DNA of 62,370 bases, the filler included. It is 6 parts of 6 records of this genome, joined end to end, with 100 filler letters (N's around TTAATTAATTAA, not from the genome) between each part and the next. Parts side by side here need not be neighbours in the genome. Positions count along the whole stretch, not along the records: positions 1 to 22,879 come from SRR2962707_4325; 5 more parts are not named here. One strand, written 5' to 3'. Shown here in pieces: positions 1 through 10,800 of this stretch. The notes beneath the pieces are model-generated. The model made no database searches, had not been told where the DNA came from, and saw only the letters and a list, made by a program, of their open reading frames with translations. Each line of letters opens with the position of its first letter. Position 1 is the first letter of the stretch. A program made the translations under genes and the position numbers.

Positions 1-569
1 GCGCCGATGAAGCAGTTGTCCTCGATGATGACCGGGTTCGCCTGCAGGGGTTCGAGCACGCCGCCAATGCCGACGCCGCCCGACAGATGGCAGTTCTTCC
101 CGATCTGCGCGCAGGAGCCGACGGTGACCCATGTATCCACCATCGTGCCTTCGTCCACATAGGCGCCGAGATTGACGAAGGAGGGCATCAGAACGACGTC
201 GCGTCCGATAAAGGCCGAGCGGCGCACAATGGCCCCCGGCACGGCGCGGAAGCCGCCATCGCGGAATTCCTTCTCGCCCCAGCCTTCGAACTTGGAAGGC
301 ACCTTGTCCCACCAGTTGGTGTTCTCGCCGGGTCCGCCCGAGATCACCGACATGTCGTTCAGCCGGAAGGAAAGCAGCACGGCCATTTTCAGCCACTGAT
401 TGACTTCCCACGTCCCCTTGAATTTCTCCGCCACCCGCGCCTTTCCGCTGTCGAGCGCATTCAGCGCCTCGTTCACGGCATCGCGCACTTCGCCCTTGGT
501 CTGGGCGTTGATTTCGGCGCGGTTTTCGAAGGCCTGTTCGATGACGGGCTTCAGGTCGGCAAGGCTCAT
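1..569 (-). CDS. dapD: 2,3,4,5-tetrahydropyridine-2,6-dicarboxylate N-succinyltransferase (3' end beyond window edge)
   Basis: Absent from the ORF track. Manual minus-strand translation from ATG 569 gives [17 protein letters not shown]...[15 protein letters not shown]...WWDKVPSKF...[15 protein letters not shown]...[62 protein letters not shown], the DapD signature. Confidence 0.97.
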   Translation of the reverse strand, partial: MSLADLKPVIEQAFENRAEINAQTKGEVRDAVNEALNALDSGKARVAEKFKGTWEVNQWLKMAVLLSFRLNDMSVISGGPGENTNWWDKVPSKFEGWGEKEFRDGGFRAVPGAIVRRSAFIGRDVVLMPSFVNLGAYVDEGTMVDTWVTVGSCAQIGKNCHLSGGVGIGGVLEPLQANPVIIEDNCFIG

Positions 570-670
570 GGGATCGGCTCTCTCGGTTGGGTGAGGCCGG
601 GGCAAGATAGCCCCCGCCGTCCCCCTGTCAACCGAGGGTCTGAAACCTTGGAAAAGCGGTGTGGGACGTC

Positions 671-1957
671 TCAGTCCGCCGCGAGCGGAATTTCCGGCGC
701 CTTGGCGGCCTCGTCCTTCAGCACGCTTTCGCGCACCGGGCGGGGTTCGCCGAACAGGAAGCCCTGGGCGATCTCGACGTCGTAGTCGAGCACGTCCACC
801 ACTTCGCGCTCCTGCTCCACCTTGTCGACGATGAGCTGGATGCCGTTCCGCTTCAGCAGTTCCTTCAGGTCCGCCGCATGAATGTCGCCGGCCGTATGCG
901 TGCCTTCGAGCATCGTCGCCGCCGACACCTTGATGAAGCGGAAATTGCGGTCGTGCAGCGAGGCCACGTCGAAGCGGAGATCGCTCACCTGGTCCATCGA
1001 GAAGCGGAAGCCGAGCGCGGCCAGCGCCTCGAGGCTCGCGCGCTCCACATGGCCCGCACCGTTCACGGTCGCCTGGCTGAACTCGAAAATCAGATGCTGG
1101 GCGAGGTCGGTATTGTGCTGCATGTATTCGATGAACTGCGGGAAGAACTCTTCATCCAGCAGCGAGAAAGCCGAGATGTTGCAGAACACGCCCGCCTTGC
1201 TGTTGCGCTGGGCGAGCTTGCGCACGACCTGGATGCAGCGGAACAGGAGAATGTTGTCGACCGTCGGCATCATGCCGGCGGGCTCGGCCACGCGCATGTA
1301 GTCGCGCGGCATGATGAGTTCGCCCTTGTCGGTGCGAAGCCGCGACAGGCCCTCGTAATAAAGCGTCTTGCGCTGCGGCAGGCTCACCACCGGCTGCAGG
1401 TAGAGGTCGACCCGGTTCGTTTCCAGCGAATGGCGGATCGTGTCGAGAAGCTCGGCATCGTCCAGGTCTTCCAGCCGCTTTTCGGGCTTGGGCGGCGGCA
1501 CGTCGGAATCGGAGACGATCGCGGGCGCGCTGCGTTCCGCGCTGGCCGCCGGCGCTTCGATTTCCGGCGCGGGCAGTGTGAAGTCGCGGGTTCCGGCCAG
1601 CCGCTTCACGAGGCTCTCCACCACGCGGATTTCCGAGAAGATGCGCTCCATGCGCTCGTTCGTCTCGCGCTCGAAGCGCTCTTCCAGTTCGTCGATCTTG
1701 TAGGCAGCGTCGTCGAGATCGCGCGAAAGGCCCGCCGCGAGGCTCGTCAATTCCTGCAATTCCTTGCGCGTGGCCTTCCGCTCGACGGTGCGCGAAATGG
1801 CGGCATGCGCCTCCGCGCCCAGCATCGCGGCGATAAGCCCCGTCAGCGCGCCGAGCTTCGGGTCGAAATCGAAGAACAGGATCGCCCCATAGGCGAGCCC
1901 GATAGACGGCACGATATAAAGCAGCATTGCGGCGAGATGCTTGATCTGCGACGGCAT
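671..1957 (-). CDS. Membrane-anchored degenerate EAL-domain protein (TipF-like)
   Basis: Two N-terminal hydrophobic segments, a coiled coil, then an EAL domain ([31 protein letters not shown]) with degenerate catalytic motifs. Confidence 0.8.
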   Translation of the reverse strand: MPSQIKHLAAMLLYIVPSIGLAYGAILFFDFDPKLGALTGLIAAMLGAEAHAAISRTVERKATRKELQELTSLAAGLSRDLDDAAYKIDELEERFERETNERMERIFSEIRVVESLVKRLAGTRDFTLPAPEIEAPAASAERSAPAIVSDSDVPPPKPEKRLEDLDDAELLDTIRHSLETNRVDLYLQPVVSLPQRKTLYYEGLSRLRTDKGELIMPRDYMRVAEPAGMMPTVDNILLFRCIQVVRKLAQRNSKAGVFCNISAFSLLDEEFFPQFIEYMQHNTDLAQHLIFEFSQATVNGAGHVERASLEALAALGFRFSMDQVSDLRFDVASLHDRNFRFIKVSAATMLEGTHTAGDIHAADLKELLKRNGIQLIVDKVEQEREVVDVLDYDVEIAQGFLFGEPRPVRESVLKDEAAKAPEIPLAAD

Positions 1958-2259
1958 GGCCCGCTTGTCCCCTTGTTGCGCGGCAGCCCCCCAAAGGCCC
2001 CACACGGATGGCGTTTATTCCTTCTTCACCCTAAGGAGCAGCCCTTGCAAAACCGTTAACTATGAGAGCTGCCGCACACACTTCTCCGCGGCGCGAGGCC
2101 GCGCATTGTCTGCTGTCCGCCGGGCCAAGAAGGGCTGAAAAGCGCAGTTTCCTGCGGATTTCGAGAGGTTCTGCGCGCTCGATGCTGGCGGCCTCCGCGC
2201 CTCGCCGTCCCGTGTGCCCATGCTATAGTGAACGCCAAGCGACAGCCGAGGAGACCAGA

Positions 2260-2748
2260 ATGCCGGAAACCGCGTCCGCCTTTGAGTTCGAGTTTCGCAC
2301 CCTCACGGGCGAGGCGCTCCCGCTCTCGCGTTTCGAGGGCAAGCCTGTCCTCATCGTCAACACGGCGAGCCAGTGCGGTTTCACGCCGCAATATCGCGAG
2401 CTTCAGGGCCTCTGGGAGCGCTACCGTGCGCGCGGCTTGACGGTCATCGGCGTCCCCTCTAACGATTTCGGCGCGCAGGAGCCGGGTACCGAAGAAGAAA
2501 TCGTGTCCTTCTGCGAGGTGAACTATTCCGTCTCCTTTCCGATGACCGCGAAGCAGCAGGTCGTCGGCGCCGAGGCGCATCCCTTCTATCTCTGGGTCTC
2601 GGACGTCGCGGGCGAGGACGCGCGGCCCCGCTGGAACTTCCACAAATATCTGATCGGCCCCGATGGCGCTCTCGTGAACATTTATCCGAGCAAGGTGAGC
2701 CCGCTCGACAAGTCGCTCGTCGATGAGATCGAAAGATTGCTGGGATGA
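2260..2748 (+). CDS. Glutathione peroxidase family protein (Cys type)
   Basis: VNTASQCGFTPQY, GVPSNDFGAQEPG and WNFHKYLI motifs; GAGGAG RBS before ATG 2260. Confidence 0.95.
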   Translation: MPETASAFEFEFRTLTGEALPLSRFEGKPVLIVNTASQCGFTPQYRELQGLWERYRARGLTVIGVPSNDFGAQEPGTEEEIVSFCEVNYSVSFPMTAKQQVVGAEAHPFYLWVSDVAGEDARPRWNFHKYLIGPDGALVNIYPSKVSPLDKSLVDEIERLLG

Positions 2749-3245
2749 GCGGCTACGGGCCCATCGCCGCAGAGCTTTCGCGCTACAACCAGTGGCAGAA
2801 CGAAAAGCTCTTCGGCGCGCTGGCCTCTTTGCCGCCGGATGAACTCACCAAGCCTCGTGGCATGTTCTTCGGCGACATGCTCGCGACGCTCGACCATATC
2901 CTCATGGTCGATACGCATATCTTCGGCTACATCAACGGCATCACCCCGCCGCCCTTCGATCCGAAACGCCGTATCGAAACGGAGTTTGAAAATCTCCGTG
3001 CCGCGCGCATCGGCCTTGATGCGCGCTTGCGCCTTTCCTGCGAGACGGCGGAGACGGAGTGGTTCGACGAAGTGATCGAAATGCCGTCCGGCCGCCGCCT
3101 GCCGCGCAGCTTCTGGTGGTCGCAGCTCTTCAATCACGGCACGCATCACCGCTCGCAGGTGACGTCGGAGCTCACGCATATGGGCGTCGACTACGGAAAC
3201 ATCGACATGCCCTACAATCCGCTGACGGGTTTCCCCGCGCCCTGA
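2745..3245 (+). CDS. DinB family protein
   Basis: YNQWQN, TLDHIL and FNHGTHHRSQ motifs; ATGA overlap with the upstream gene. Confidence 0.9.
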   Translation: MSGYGPIAAELSRYNQWQNEKLFGALASLPPDELTKPRGMFFGDMLATLDHILMVDTHIFGYINGITPPPFDPKRRIETEFENLRAARIGLDARLRLSCETAETEWFDEVIEMPSGRRLPRSFWWSQLFNHGTHHRSQVTSELTHMGVDYGNIDMPYNPLTGFPAP

Positions 3246-3265
3246 CAACCGCCCGCACCAAAACG

Positions 3266-3293
3266 AAAAGGCCCGGTGTTTCCACCGGGCCTT
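3266..3293 (-). terminator. Intrinsic terminator between convergent dinB-like and ompA-like genes
   Basis: AAGGCCCGGTG-N4-CACCGGGCCTT hairpin followed by TTTTCGTTTT on the minus strand. Confidence 0.8.
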
Positions 3294-3316
3294 CCGCATA
3301 AGGATGAAAGCTGAAA

Positions 3317-3991
3317 TCAGCTTGTCGTCAGCGGCGACAGGCGGATTTCCACGCGACGGTTCTGTTCGCGGCCCGCCGGCGTGTTGTTGTCGGCGATAGG
3401 CTGGGCCTCGCCCGCGCCCACGATGTAGAAGCGGCGCGAGTCGAGCCCCTGACCGATCAGGTAAGCCGAAACGCTCTGTGCGCGCTTCTGCGACAGTTCG
3501 AGATTGTACTGGTCCGAACCCGTCGAATCCGTGTGGCCGGTCACGTCGATCAGCGTCTGGTTGTATTCCTTCAGCACGATCGAGACCGAGTTCAGCACGT
3601 CGTAGAACTGCGCGTTGATGTCGGACGAATTCGTCGCGAAGGTCACATTGCCCGGCATGTTGAGGACGATGTCGTTGCCGACGCGCGTCACGCTGACGCC
3701 CGACGAGCGCAGGCGCTTCGTCAGTTCGGCTTCCTGCTTGTCCATGTAATAGCCGATGCCGCCGCCCGCGAGAGCGCCGACGCCCGCGCCGATCATCGCG
3801 CGCTGCCGCCGGTCGGTCGAGTCGCCGCCGCCGATCAGTGCGCCGCCCAGTGCGCCGAGCACGGCGCCACCGAGCGCGCCGTAAGTCGCCTTGCTCGTCT
3901 TCTGTTCGCCGGTATAGGCGTCTTGCGTCTGGCAAGCCGCAAGCCCGAAGCTCGCGCATATCGCCAGGACGGCAAATTTCTTCATCAGCAT
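3317..3991 (-). CDS. OmpA-family lipoprotein (YiaD-like, glycine zipper + OmpA_C)
   Basis: Lipobox LAAC, Gly-zipper segments, GHTDSTG-YNLELSQKRA and NRRVEI motifs. Confidence 0.93.
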   Translation of the reverse strand: MLMKKFAVLAICASFGLAACQTQDAYTGEQKTSKATYGALGGAVLGALGGALIGGGDSTDRRQRAMIGAGVGALAGGGIGYYMDKQEAELTKRLRSSGVSVTRVGNDIVLNMPGNVTFATNSSDINAQFYDVLNSVSIVLKEYNQTLIDVTGHTDSTGSDQYNLELSQKRAQSVSAYLIGQGLDSRRFYIVGAGEAQPIADNNTPAGREQNRRVEIRLSPLTTS

Positions 3992-4189
3992 TTTTTGCTC
4001 CGATTGATGTTGCCCGGGTAAGGAACGCAGGAAGGGCCGAGAGAGTTCCCGTCTGTGGATTCCGAACCCGATGGTGTATGAAGACCCCATACCCCGTTGG
4101 TCCCCGAGAGCCTAGCAAAGGCCGGGACCCGCGAGAACAGATTTGAATGCGGAAAAACACGCAATTCTGCAAAGGGAGGGAGAAGCGTC

Positions 4190-4954
4190 ATGACATTGTT
4201 TGATCTGAGCGGCAAGGTGGCCGTCGTCACCGGCTCCACCAAGGGCATCGGCGAGGCGATTGTGCACCGCATGGCCGAGCACGGCGCGAAAGTCGTGGTA
4301 TCGAGCCGCAAGGGCGATGCCTGCGACAAGGTCGCGGCAGAGATAAATGCGAAGCACCCGGACGGTGCCATCGCCATCCCCTGCAACATTTCCGACAAGG
4401 GCGACCTTGAGCGCCTCGTCGACACGACGATGAAAAAATGGGGCCGCGTCGACAGTCTGGTCTGCAACGCGGCCGTGAACCCCTATTTCGGTCCCTCGAA
4501 AGATCTGCCGGACGATGCCTTCGACAAGATCATGGCGGCGAACATCAAGTCGAACCACTGGCTCGCCCATATGGTCCTGCCGCAGATGGTCGAGCGGAAA
4601 GACGGCTCGATCACCATCGTCTCGTCCATCGGCGGCCTGCGCGGCTCGCCCATCCTCGGCGCCTATTGCGTTTCAAAGGCCGCCGACATGCAGCTCGCGC
4701 GCAATCTCGCCGTCGAATACGGCCCCTCGAACATCCGCGTGAACTGCATCGCGCCGGGCCTCATCAAGACCTATTTCGCGAAAGCCCTCTGGGACAATCC
4801 GGAAATTCTCGAACGCTCGACGGCGGGCGCACCGCTGAAGCGCATCGGCATGCCCGACGAGATCGCGGGCGCCGCCGTCTTCCTCGCCAGCCCCGCCGGC
4901 GCCTTCATGACCGGCCAGACCATGGTCATCGATGGCGGCGCGACCGCGTCATGA
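4190..4954 (+). CDS. Short-chain dehydrogenase/reductase
   Basis: TGSTKGIG, NAA, YCVSK and NCIAPG motifs. Confidence 0.95.
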   Translation: MTLFDLSGKVAVVTGSTKGIGEAIVHRMAEHGAKVVVSSRKGDACDKVAAEINAKHPDGAIAIPCNISDKGDLERLVDTTMKKWGRVDSLVCNAAVNPYFGPSKDLPDDAFDKIMAANIKSNHWLAHMVLPQMVERKDGSITIVSSIGGLRGSPILGAYCVSKAADMQLARNLAVEYGPSNIRVNCIAPGLIKTYFAKALWDNPEILERSTAGAPLKRIGMPDEIAGAAVFLASPAGAFMTGQTMVIDGGATAS

Positions 4955-4955
4955 C

Positions 4956-5408
4956 ATGAAGAATGGCCCGCTCACCATCCGCCCTTTCCAGCCCCGCGAC
5001 CGCGCGGCATGGGACGAGATGTGGGCGGGCTATCTCACCTTCTACAAAACCGTGCTCCCCCGCGAAACGAGCGAGGACACATGGGCGCGTTTCATCGCCG
5101 CCGCTCCCGGCCTCATCGGCCTGATCGCCGAGGGCGGCGACGGCCCGCTCGGCTTCGCCCATGCCATCGTCCATCCCGGCACCTGGAGCCCGAAGCCCGT
5201 CTGCTATCTCGAAGACCTCTATGTAAATGAAGCGGCGCGCGGGCAGGGCGCAGGCCGCGCGCTGATCGAGGCGCTTGCCGAAAAAGGCCGCGCCGAAGGC
5301 TGGCTCCGCCTCTACTGGCAGACCGCGCGCGACAACAACACGGCACAGCATCTCTACGACAATGTCGCAACCCGCACGGACTGGCTGCGCTACGAACTTG
5401 ACCTTTGA
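4956..5408 (+). CDS. GNAT N-acetyltransferase
   Basis: YLEDLYV...ARGQGAGRALI motif A; N..AQHLY. Confidence 0.92.
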   Translation: MKNGPLTIRPFQPRDRAAWDEMWAGYLTFYKTVLPRETSEDTWARFIAAAPGLIGLIAEGGDGPLGFAHAIVHPGTWSPKPVCYLEDLYVNEAARGQGAGRALIEALAEKGRAEGWLRLYWQTARDNNTAQHLYDNVATRTDWLRYELDL

Positions 5409-5455
5409 AGAAAAATGACCACCTCTTCGGTTCTGGTCATTCGGGAGGGGCTATC

Positions 5456-6307
5456 ATGAAATCAGTTGTCATCACCGGCGTATCCACCGGCATCGGCCAC
5501 GCTGCGGCCATCACGCTCGCAAAAAAAGGCTTTCATGTCTTCGGCTCCGTCCGCAAGGAAGCGGATGCCGAGCGTCTGAAGAAAGAACTGGGCGACAGCT
5601 TTACGCCGCTCCTCTTCGACGTGACGGACGAGGCCGCCGTGAAGCGCGGCGCGGATCAGGTCCGCACGGCGCTGAAAGGCGAAACGCTCTCTGGCCTCGT
5701 CAACAATGCCGGCATCGCGGTTTCGGGTCCCTTGATCGAGGTGGACCCGGACGAATTCCGCAAGCAGCTCGAAGTGAACGTCACCGGCCCGCTTCTCGTC
5801 ACCCAGGCTTTCGCGCCGCTGCTGGGCGCCGACACATCGCTCAAAGGCGCGCCGGGCCGCATCGTCAACATCTCGTCGGTCGGCGGCAAGCGCGCCTTCC
5901 CCTTCATCGGTCCTTACGCGGCGTCGAAATTCGCGCTCGAAGGTTTCTCCGAGGCGCTCCGTCGCGAACTCATGCTGTTCGGCATCGACGTCATCATCAT
6001 CGGCCCTGGCGCCGTAAAGACGGCGATCTGGGACAAGGCCGAAGAGATCGACATCTCGCGCTACGGCAACTCGCCCTACCTGCCGATCCTTCAGAAATTC
6101 CAGAGCAACTTCGTCGCGCAGGGGCGCAATGGTCTCCCGCCCGAAAAGCTCGGCCGCCTCATCCACAAGGCGTTGACGACTTCGAGCCCGAAAGTCCGCT
6201 ACGCGATAAACCCGTCCAGCATAGCCGAAAAAGCAATGATGCACTTCGCGCCCGCCCGCACGATGGACAAGGTCATCGCGAAGATGCTGGGTTTGAAACA
6301 GAAGTAA
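5456..6307 (+). CDS. Short-chain dehydrogenase/reductase
   Basis: TGVSTGIG, NNAG and YAASK motifs; GGGAGG RBS. Confidence 0.95.
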   Translation: MKSVVITGVSTGIGHAAAITLAKKGFHVFGSVRKEADAERLKKELGDSFTPLLFDVTDEAAVKRGADQVRTALKGETLSGLVNNAGIAVSGPLIEVDPDEFRKQLEVNVTGPLLVTQAFAPLLGADTSLKGAPGRIVNISSVGGKRAFPFIGPYAASKFALEGFSEALRRELMLFGIDVIIIGPGAVKTAIWDKAEEIDISRYGNSPYLPILQKFQSNFVAQGRNGLPPEKLGRLIHKALTTSSPKVRYAINPSSIAEKAMMHFAPARTMDKVIAKMLGLKQK

Positions 6308-6319
6308 CGGGATATTTGT

Positions 6320-6393
6320 CTTCCTCTCCCCGACGGGGAGAGGGAAGGGGCCTGCCTCGCAGCGAAGCTGCGCAGGTGGGAAGGGTGAGGGGG
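6320..6393. repeat. Intergenic palindromic repeat element (CCCTCACCC...CCTCTCCC-GGGAGAGG type)
   Basis: CCTCTCCCCG-A-CGGGGAGAGG hairpin, internal CGCAGC-GAA-GCTGCG hairpin, terminal GGGTGAGGGGG; resembles short multicopy elements common in proteobacteria. Confidence 0.7.
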
Positions 6394-6487
6394 CGCCACA
6401 AATTCCGCCTCACGGAATCCCCACCGATCTCCGTCGACAGCGCCGCCAGCTCGGCTACCTTTCCCGAAACACACCCGGGAGAGAACC

Positions 6488-7834
6488 ATGGCAGACCTTC
6501 TCGCGGCTTCCGCGCGCTTCATCGACAACGACATTTATGAGGGCGCGGGGCTGATCAACCGGCCGACTACGGAGCTTTCCGAAGTCGGAGACGGCATTGC
6601 CCTCATCGAAGCCTTCTCCCACGTCGTCGCCTTCCGCACCGGCGACGGCCTCGTCCTCTTCGACACGAGCCTCGAGGCCTTCGCGGGCGGCGTCATGAAA
6701 TCGCTGCGCAAATGGTCCGATGAGCCGGTCGCCCATGTCTGCTACACGCATGGCCATGCGGACCATGTCGGCGGTACCGGCGCCATTCTCTGCGAGGCCT
6801 GCGAAAAGGGTCACCCGCGCCCGCGCATCACCGGCCACGAAAATGTCAGCCCGCGCTTCCGCCGCTACGAACTCACCAACGGCTACAACTTCACCATCAA
6901 TGCGCGCCAGTTCGCGCCCGCGACGGAACTCCGCATGGGCGCCCCCTCTGAAAAAACAGGCGAAGGTAACAAATCCGGCACGCCGCCGGTCCGCCATTTC
7001 GGTCCCGACCCGTGGGTCGATCCCGACGTCACCTTCCGCGACGCCATGGAATTCCGCTCCGGCGATCTGCGCTTCGAACTGCGCCATGCCATCGGCGAAA
7101 CGGACGACCATCTCTGGGCCTGGATCCCCGAGCACAAGGCGATCTGCTCCGGTGATTTCGTCACCTGGGTTTTTCCGAACGCAGGCAATCCGCAAAAGGT
7201 GCAGCGCTTCCCGCTCGAATGGGCGAAGGCGCTGCGCGAAATGGCCGCGAAGGAACCGGAGCTTCTCCTCCCCGCGCATGGGCTTCCGATTGCCGGCAAG
7301 GACCGCATCGCGGGCGTCCTCGACACGATCGCCTCCGCGCTCGAATTCCTCGTCTCCCGCTCGCTCGAAATGATGAATGACGGCGCGCGCCTCGACGATC
7401 TGATCCACGGCGTGAAGCTCCCCGCGAGCTACATGGACAAGCCCTACCTCAAGCCCGTCTATGACGAGCCCGAATTCATCATCCACAACATCTGGCGTCT
7501 TTATGGCGGCTGGTACGACGGCAATCCCTCGCGCCTGAAGCCCGCGCCCGATGCCGTGGTCGCCGCCGAGATCGCCCGCCTCGCAGGTGGCGTCGCAACG
7601 CTTTGCCTGCGCGCCGAGGAACTCGCCGCCACCGGCAAGGAAGAAGACATGCGCCTCGCCTGCCATCTCGCCGAAGCCGCCGCCCTCGCCGAGCCGGAAA
7701 ATCGCGACGCCCATGCCGCCCGCGCCCGCGTCTATGGCGCCCGCCGTCAGGCCGAATTGTCGCTCATGTCGAAAGGCATCTTCGGCTGGGCCGAACGCGA
7801 GTCGGCGCAGAAAGCCGGCAAGAACGACACCTGA
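6488..7834 (+). CDS. Metallo-beta-lactamase fold hydrolase, alkyl/aryl sulfatase-like with dimerisation domain
   Basis: THGHADH motif, GETDDH, PNAGNPQKVQR, YGGWYDGNP; no C-terminal SCP2 domain. Confidence 0.88.
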   Translation: MADLLAASARFIDNDIYEGAGLINRPTTELSEVGDGIALIEAFSHVVAFRTGDGLVLFDTSLEAFAGGVMKSLRKWSDEPVAHVCYTHGHADHVGGTGAILCEACEKGHPRPRITGHENVSPRFRRYELTNGYNFTINARQFAPATELRMGAPSEKTGEGNKSGTPPVRHFGPDPWVDPDVTFRDAMEFRSGDLRFELRHAIGETDDHLWAWIPEHKAICSGDFVTWVFPNAGNPQKVQRFPLEWAKALREMAAKEPELLLPAHGLPIAGKDRIAGVLDTIASALEFLVSRSLEMMNDGARLDDLIHGVKLPASYMDKPYLKPVYDEPEFIIHNIWRLYGGWYDGNPSRLKPAPDAVVAAEIARLAGGVATLCLRAEELAATGKEEDMRLACHLAEAAALAEPENRDAHAARARVYGARRQAELSLMSKGIFGWAERESAQKAGKNDT

Positions 7835-7837
7835 AAA

Positions 7838-7875
7838 GAAAGCGGGCCGGAGCGTTTCCGCCCGGCCCGTCTTTC
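7838..7875. terminator. Bidirectional terminator-like hairpin
   Basis: GAAAGCGGGCCGG...CCGGCCCGTCTTTC between convergent genes. Confidence 0.7.
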
Positions 7876-7893
7876 GCTCCCATCGCCCCGTCG

Positions 7894-10800
7894 TCAGAAC
7901 GCGATGCGTATCGCCGCCGTCAGGCCGTGTTCCTGATAGTCGCTCTGGAACTCGCCGTCATAGAGAAGACGCAGCGTGACCTTGTCGTCCATCTCGTAGG
8001 TGAGGCCCGCGCCCGCCCCGAGGCTGAAGCGGTCCCGTCCCTCGGATTGGCTGACAAAGGTGCCGCCGCCCACGACGGAGCCGGTGATCGCCTCGTTCGG
8101 ATCGGCCAGTTCCTCGATCCCGCGCAGATGGAATTCCGGGATCAGCTTCGCCCCGTTCTCCATCTCATGCGTGTAGCGCGCTCCGACGCCGAGCACACCG
8201 CGCACCGATGTAAGGTCCTGTCCACTCACCGTCGTCGGCAGGGGCCCGGTTTCCGTGTAACCGTCGATGGAGACCTGGTTGAAGCGGATACCCGCATGCG
8301 GCGTCACTTCCCAATTACCGTAGTCGAGAATCTTCCCCGCTTCCGCCCGCGCCATGATCTGCGTGCCGTCATAGTCGGCGATATTCGCGCCGCCCAGCGC
8401 CACGCGCGTGCTTTCGTAATTGTTGAAGCCATAGCCCAAGGTGGCGTTCACATAATAGTCGCCCGGCCGGTAGCTGCCATAGATGAGCGCGCCATAGCCC
8501 TCGATGTCCTGGCTGCTGTTCGCGCCCGCGCCGTTTTCATCGACACTGGTGTTCGAATAGAACGCCGCGACGCCGATCCTGAGGTTCGGCGCGAACTCGC
8601 CGTCGATGCCGAGCGAGGCCGCGAACGTGTCGCTGTCGAAGCCGTTGAGGCCGTCCGGCGTGTATTCGGCCGTGCTGCCGCCGACCCGGCCCCAGAGCGC
8701 GAGGTCGTAGTCGCCGCCGAGCGCCTGGTCGCCCGCCGAGACGCCGCTGTCGCCGCCCGCATTGGCAACGCCTGTGGCGCCGCCCGCCAGCCGGTCCATC
8801 ACAAGGTCAAGCACCATGTCGGTCGAGGTGACTGTGCTGCTGCCGTCCGAATTCGTCTCGGAGGGCAGCGAGTCCTGCACCAGCTTGTAGAGCTGCTCTT
8901 CCTGATCTTCGACCGGGAACTGCGAAAGATAAACGACAATCGGATTGTCGACCGGCGCGTTTTCGATGAAGCGGTCGAGAGCCGCCGCAACCTCTTTCGC
9001 GTTCGGCCGTCCGCCGCCATTGATCGTCGCCTGCGCGGCGGTCAGCACGCGTTCCACGATCAGGTAGAGACTGTCGGTATCCGTGTCGACCTCATGGCTG
9101 AAGTCGAACAGTGTCGTGTTGTCGTAGACGGAAACGCCATAGTCGCGGATGCCGCCGTCCGAGGTCGCGCCGGCGATCTCCAGCCGGGCGCCGTCGGTCA
9201 GTTCGATGCCGCGCGTAACGTCCGCATAGATCTGCGACCCCTCCTCGAAGGTGATCCTTCCGCCATAAAGGAAGCCGTTCGTGAACGTCCCGACCCTCTC
9301 GACGACATTCTGGACGACATTCTCCTCCGGCTGAGACGACTCGTCGATGCCGACCGTGAAGCGGCCGCCAGCGGCGAAGGTCACATCGCCGCTCACCTGG
9401 ATGAAGCTGTCGGCTGCGACCGAAAGGGTCGCCACTTCCGGCACGATGATGGCATGGCGCTCGAATTCGGCTTCTTCCACCGCACCGATGCGGAGCGTCT
9501 CGACGTCGAAGGTCACACGCCCGTTCGCGCGCACCGTTGCGCCGCCATAGATATTCACGTCGGCTCTGTCGCCGTCGCCGACACGGGTGATGGTTGAACT
9601 CGAAAATTCCGTCACACCGTCGAAGAAGTTCACCGTCTGGAAATTCACGATGGCGGAGCGGGGTTCCCTGCTCAGCAAGAGTAGCTCGTCGCCGAGGCGG
9701 CCGCCGTTCAGCGTCAGCGTATCGGTCTGACGGAAATTGATCGTCGAATCCGGCTCCGGCTCCACATCCAGGGCGGCGAACCCCATGGGCAAGGACGCCA
9801 CACTCCGGGCACTGATGGTGCCGTTGATATCGTTGCCCTCGCCGCTGATGGTGACGGTGTTCTCGCCATAGCCGACCATGATCGCGTTCGATCCGTCGCC
9901 GACGCCGCCGCCGTTGTTGTTGACGGTCGTGCCCGTCGCATAGGCAAAGTCGATGGTGCCGACGATCGTACCGGTGTTCTCCACCGTCATGCCGCTGGCG
10001 GCCCGAGCCTTGCGCCCGATCGGAAGCCTGTCCCCCCCGCCATTCACATCGCCCGTAATGATGCCGGCATTGGTGATCGTGCCCGACGTCGCGCCGCCCA
10101 CGACGACGGCGATGCCCGACGCGCCGGAAGAAATCGCTGCGTCTTCTGCGTTGGTGATGTTCACCGTCGGTCCGACGCCTAGAATGGCGGCTGAATATTC
10201 CGAGGTGACCGTGATCGTGTTGTTGTTCACGAGGTTCGTTGTGGCGAGGCCATAGGAATTGCCGGTCATGGCGACCGAATAATCGCCGCTCACCTCGATT
10301 GTGCCGTTATTCGTGCCCGTCACCGTATCGCCGGCGAGCGCAATGCCCGCCGAGGATTGCCCTTCCACATAGATCGTGCCGGTATTGGTCGCGATAGCCG
10401 TGCTGCCGAAGGCATACATGCCTGCGGCGCTGTCGCCCTCGGTGGTGATGCTGCCCGAGTTTTCCGCAAGCGCGGAAGTCCCGCCGCGGCTGACGACGGC
10501 ATTGCTGTTATCCCCGGTCGTAACCACGGTGCCGGCATTCACGGCCTGGGCGACCTCGCCCGAAAAGGCATAGAGCCCGAAGCTTTCATCGCCCGTGGTC
10601 GAGGCGTAGCCGCCTTCCTTGTTCTCCACGCGCGACGTACCCGTCATGCCGGTAACGGAAATCGCATCGTGCCGCCCGTAGGTGTAGTGGCTCGGCGTGA
10701 CGTTGGTGCTGACGGAGCCGTAATTATTGAATGTCGATCCGTCCCCGCTGACGGCGATGCCCCTCTGCGCGCCAATCGAGAAGGCCTGGCCGGTTTTTTC

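Noticed and set aside
87..2059. Long plus-strand ORFs (87-785, 659-2059)
   Set aside because: Antisense shadows of dapD and the EAL gene, typical of high-GC DNA; no motifs
2260..2748. Selenocysteine glutathione peroxidase
   Set aside because: The active-site codon is TGC (Cys); no in-frame TGA
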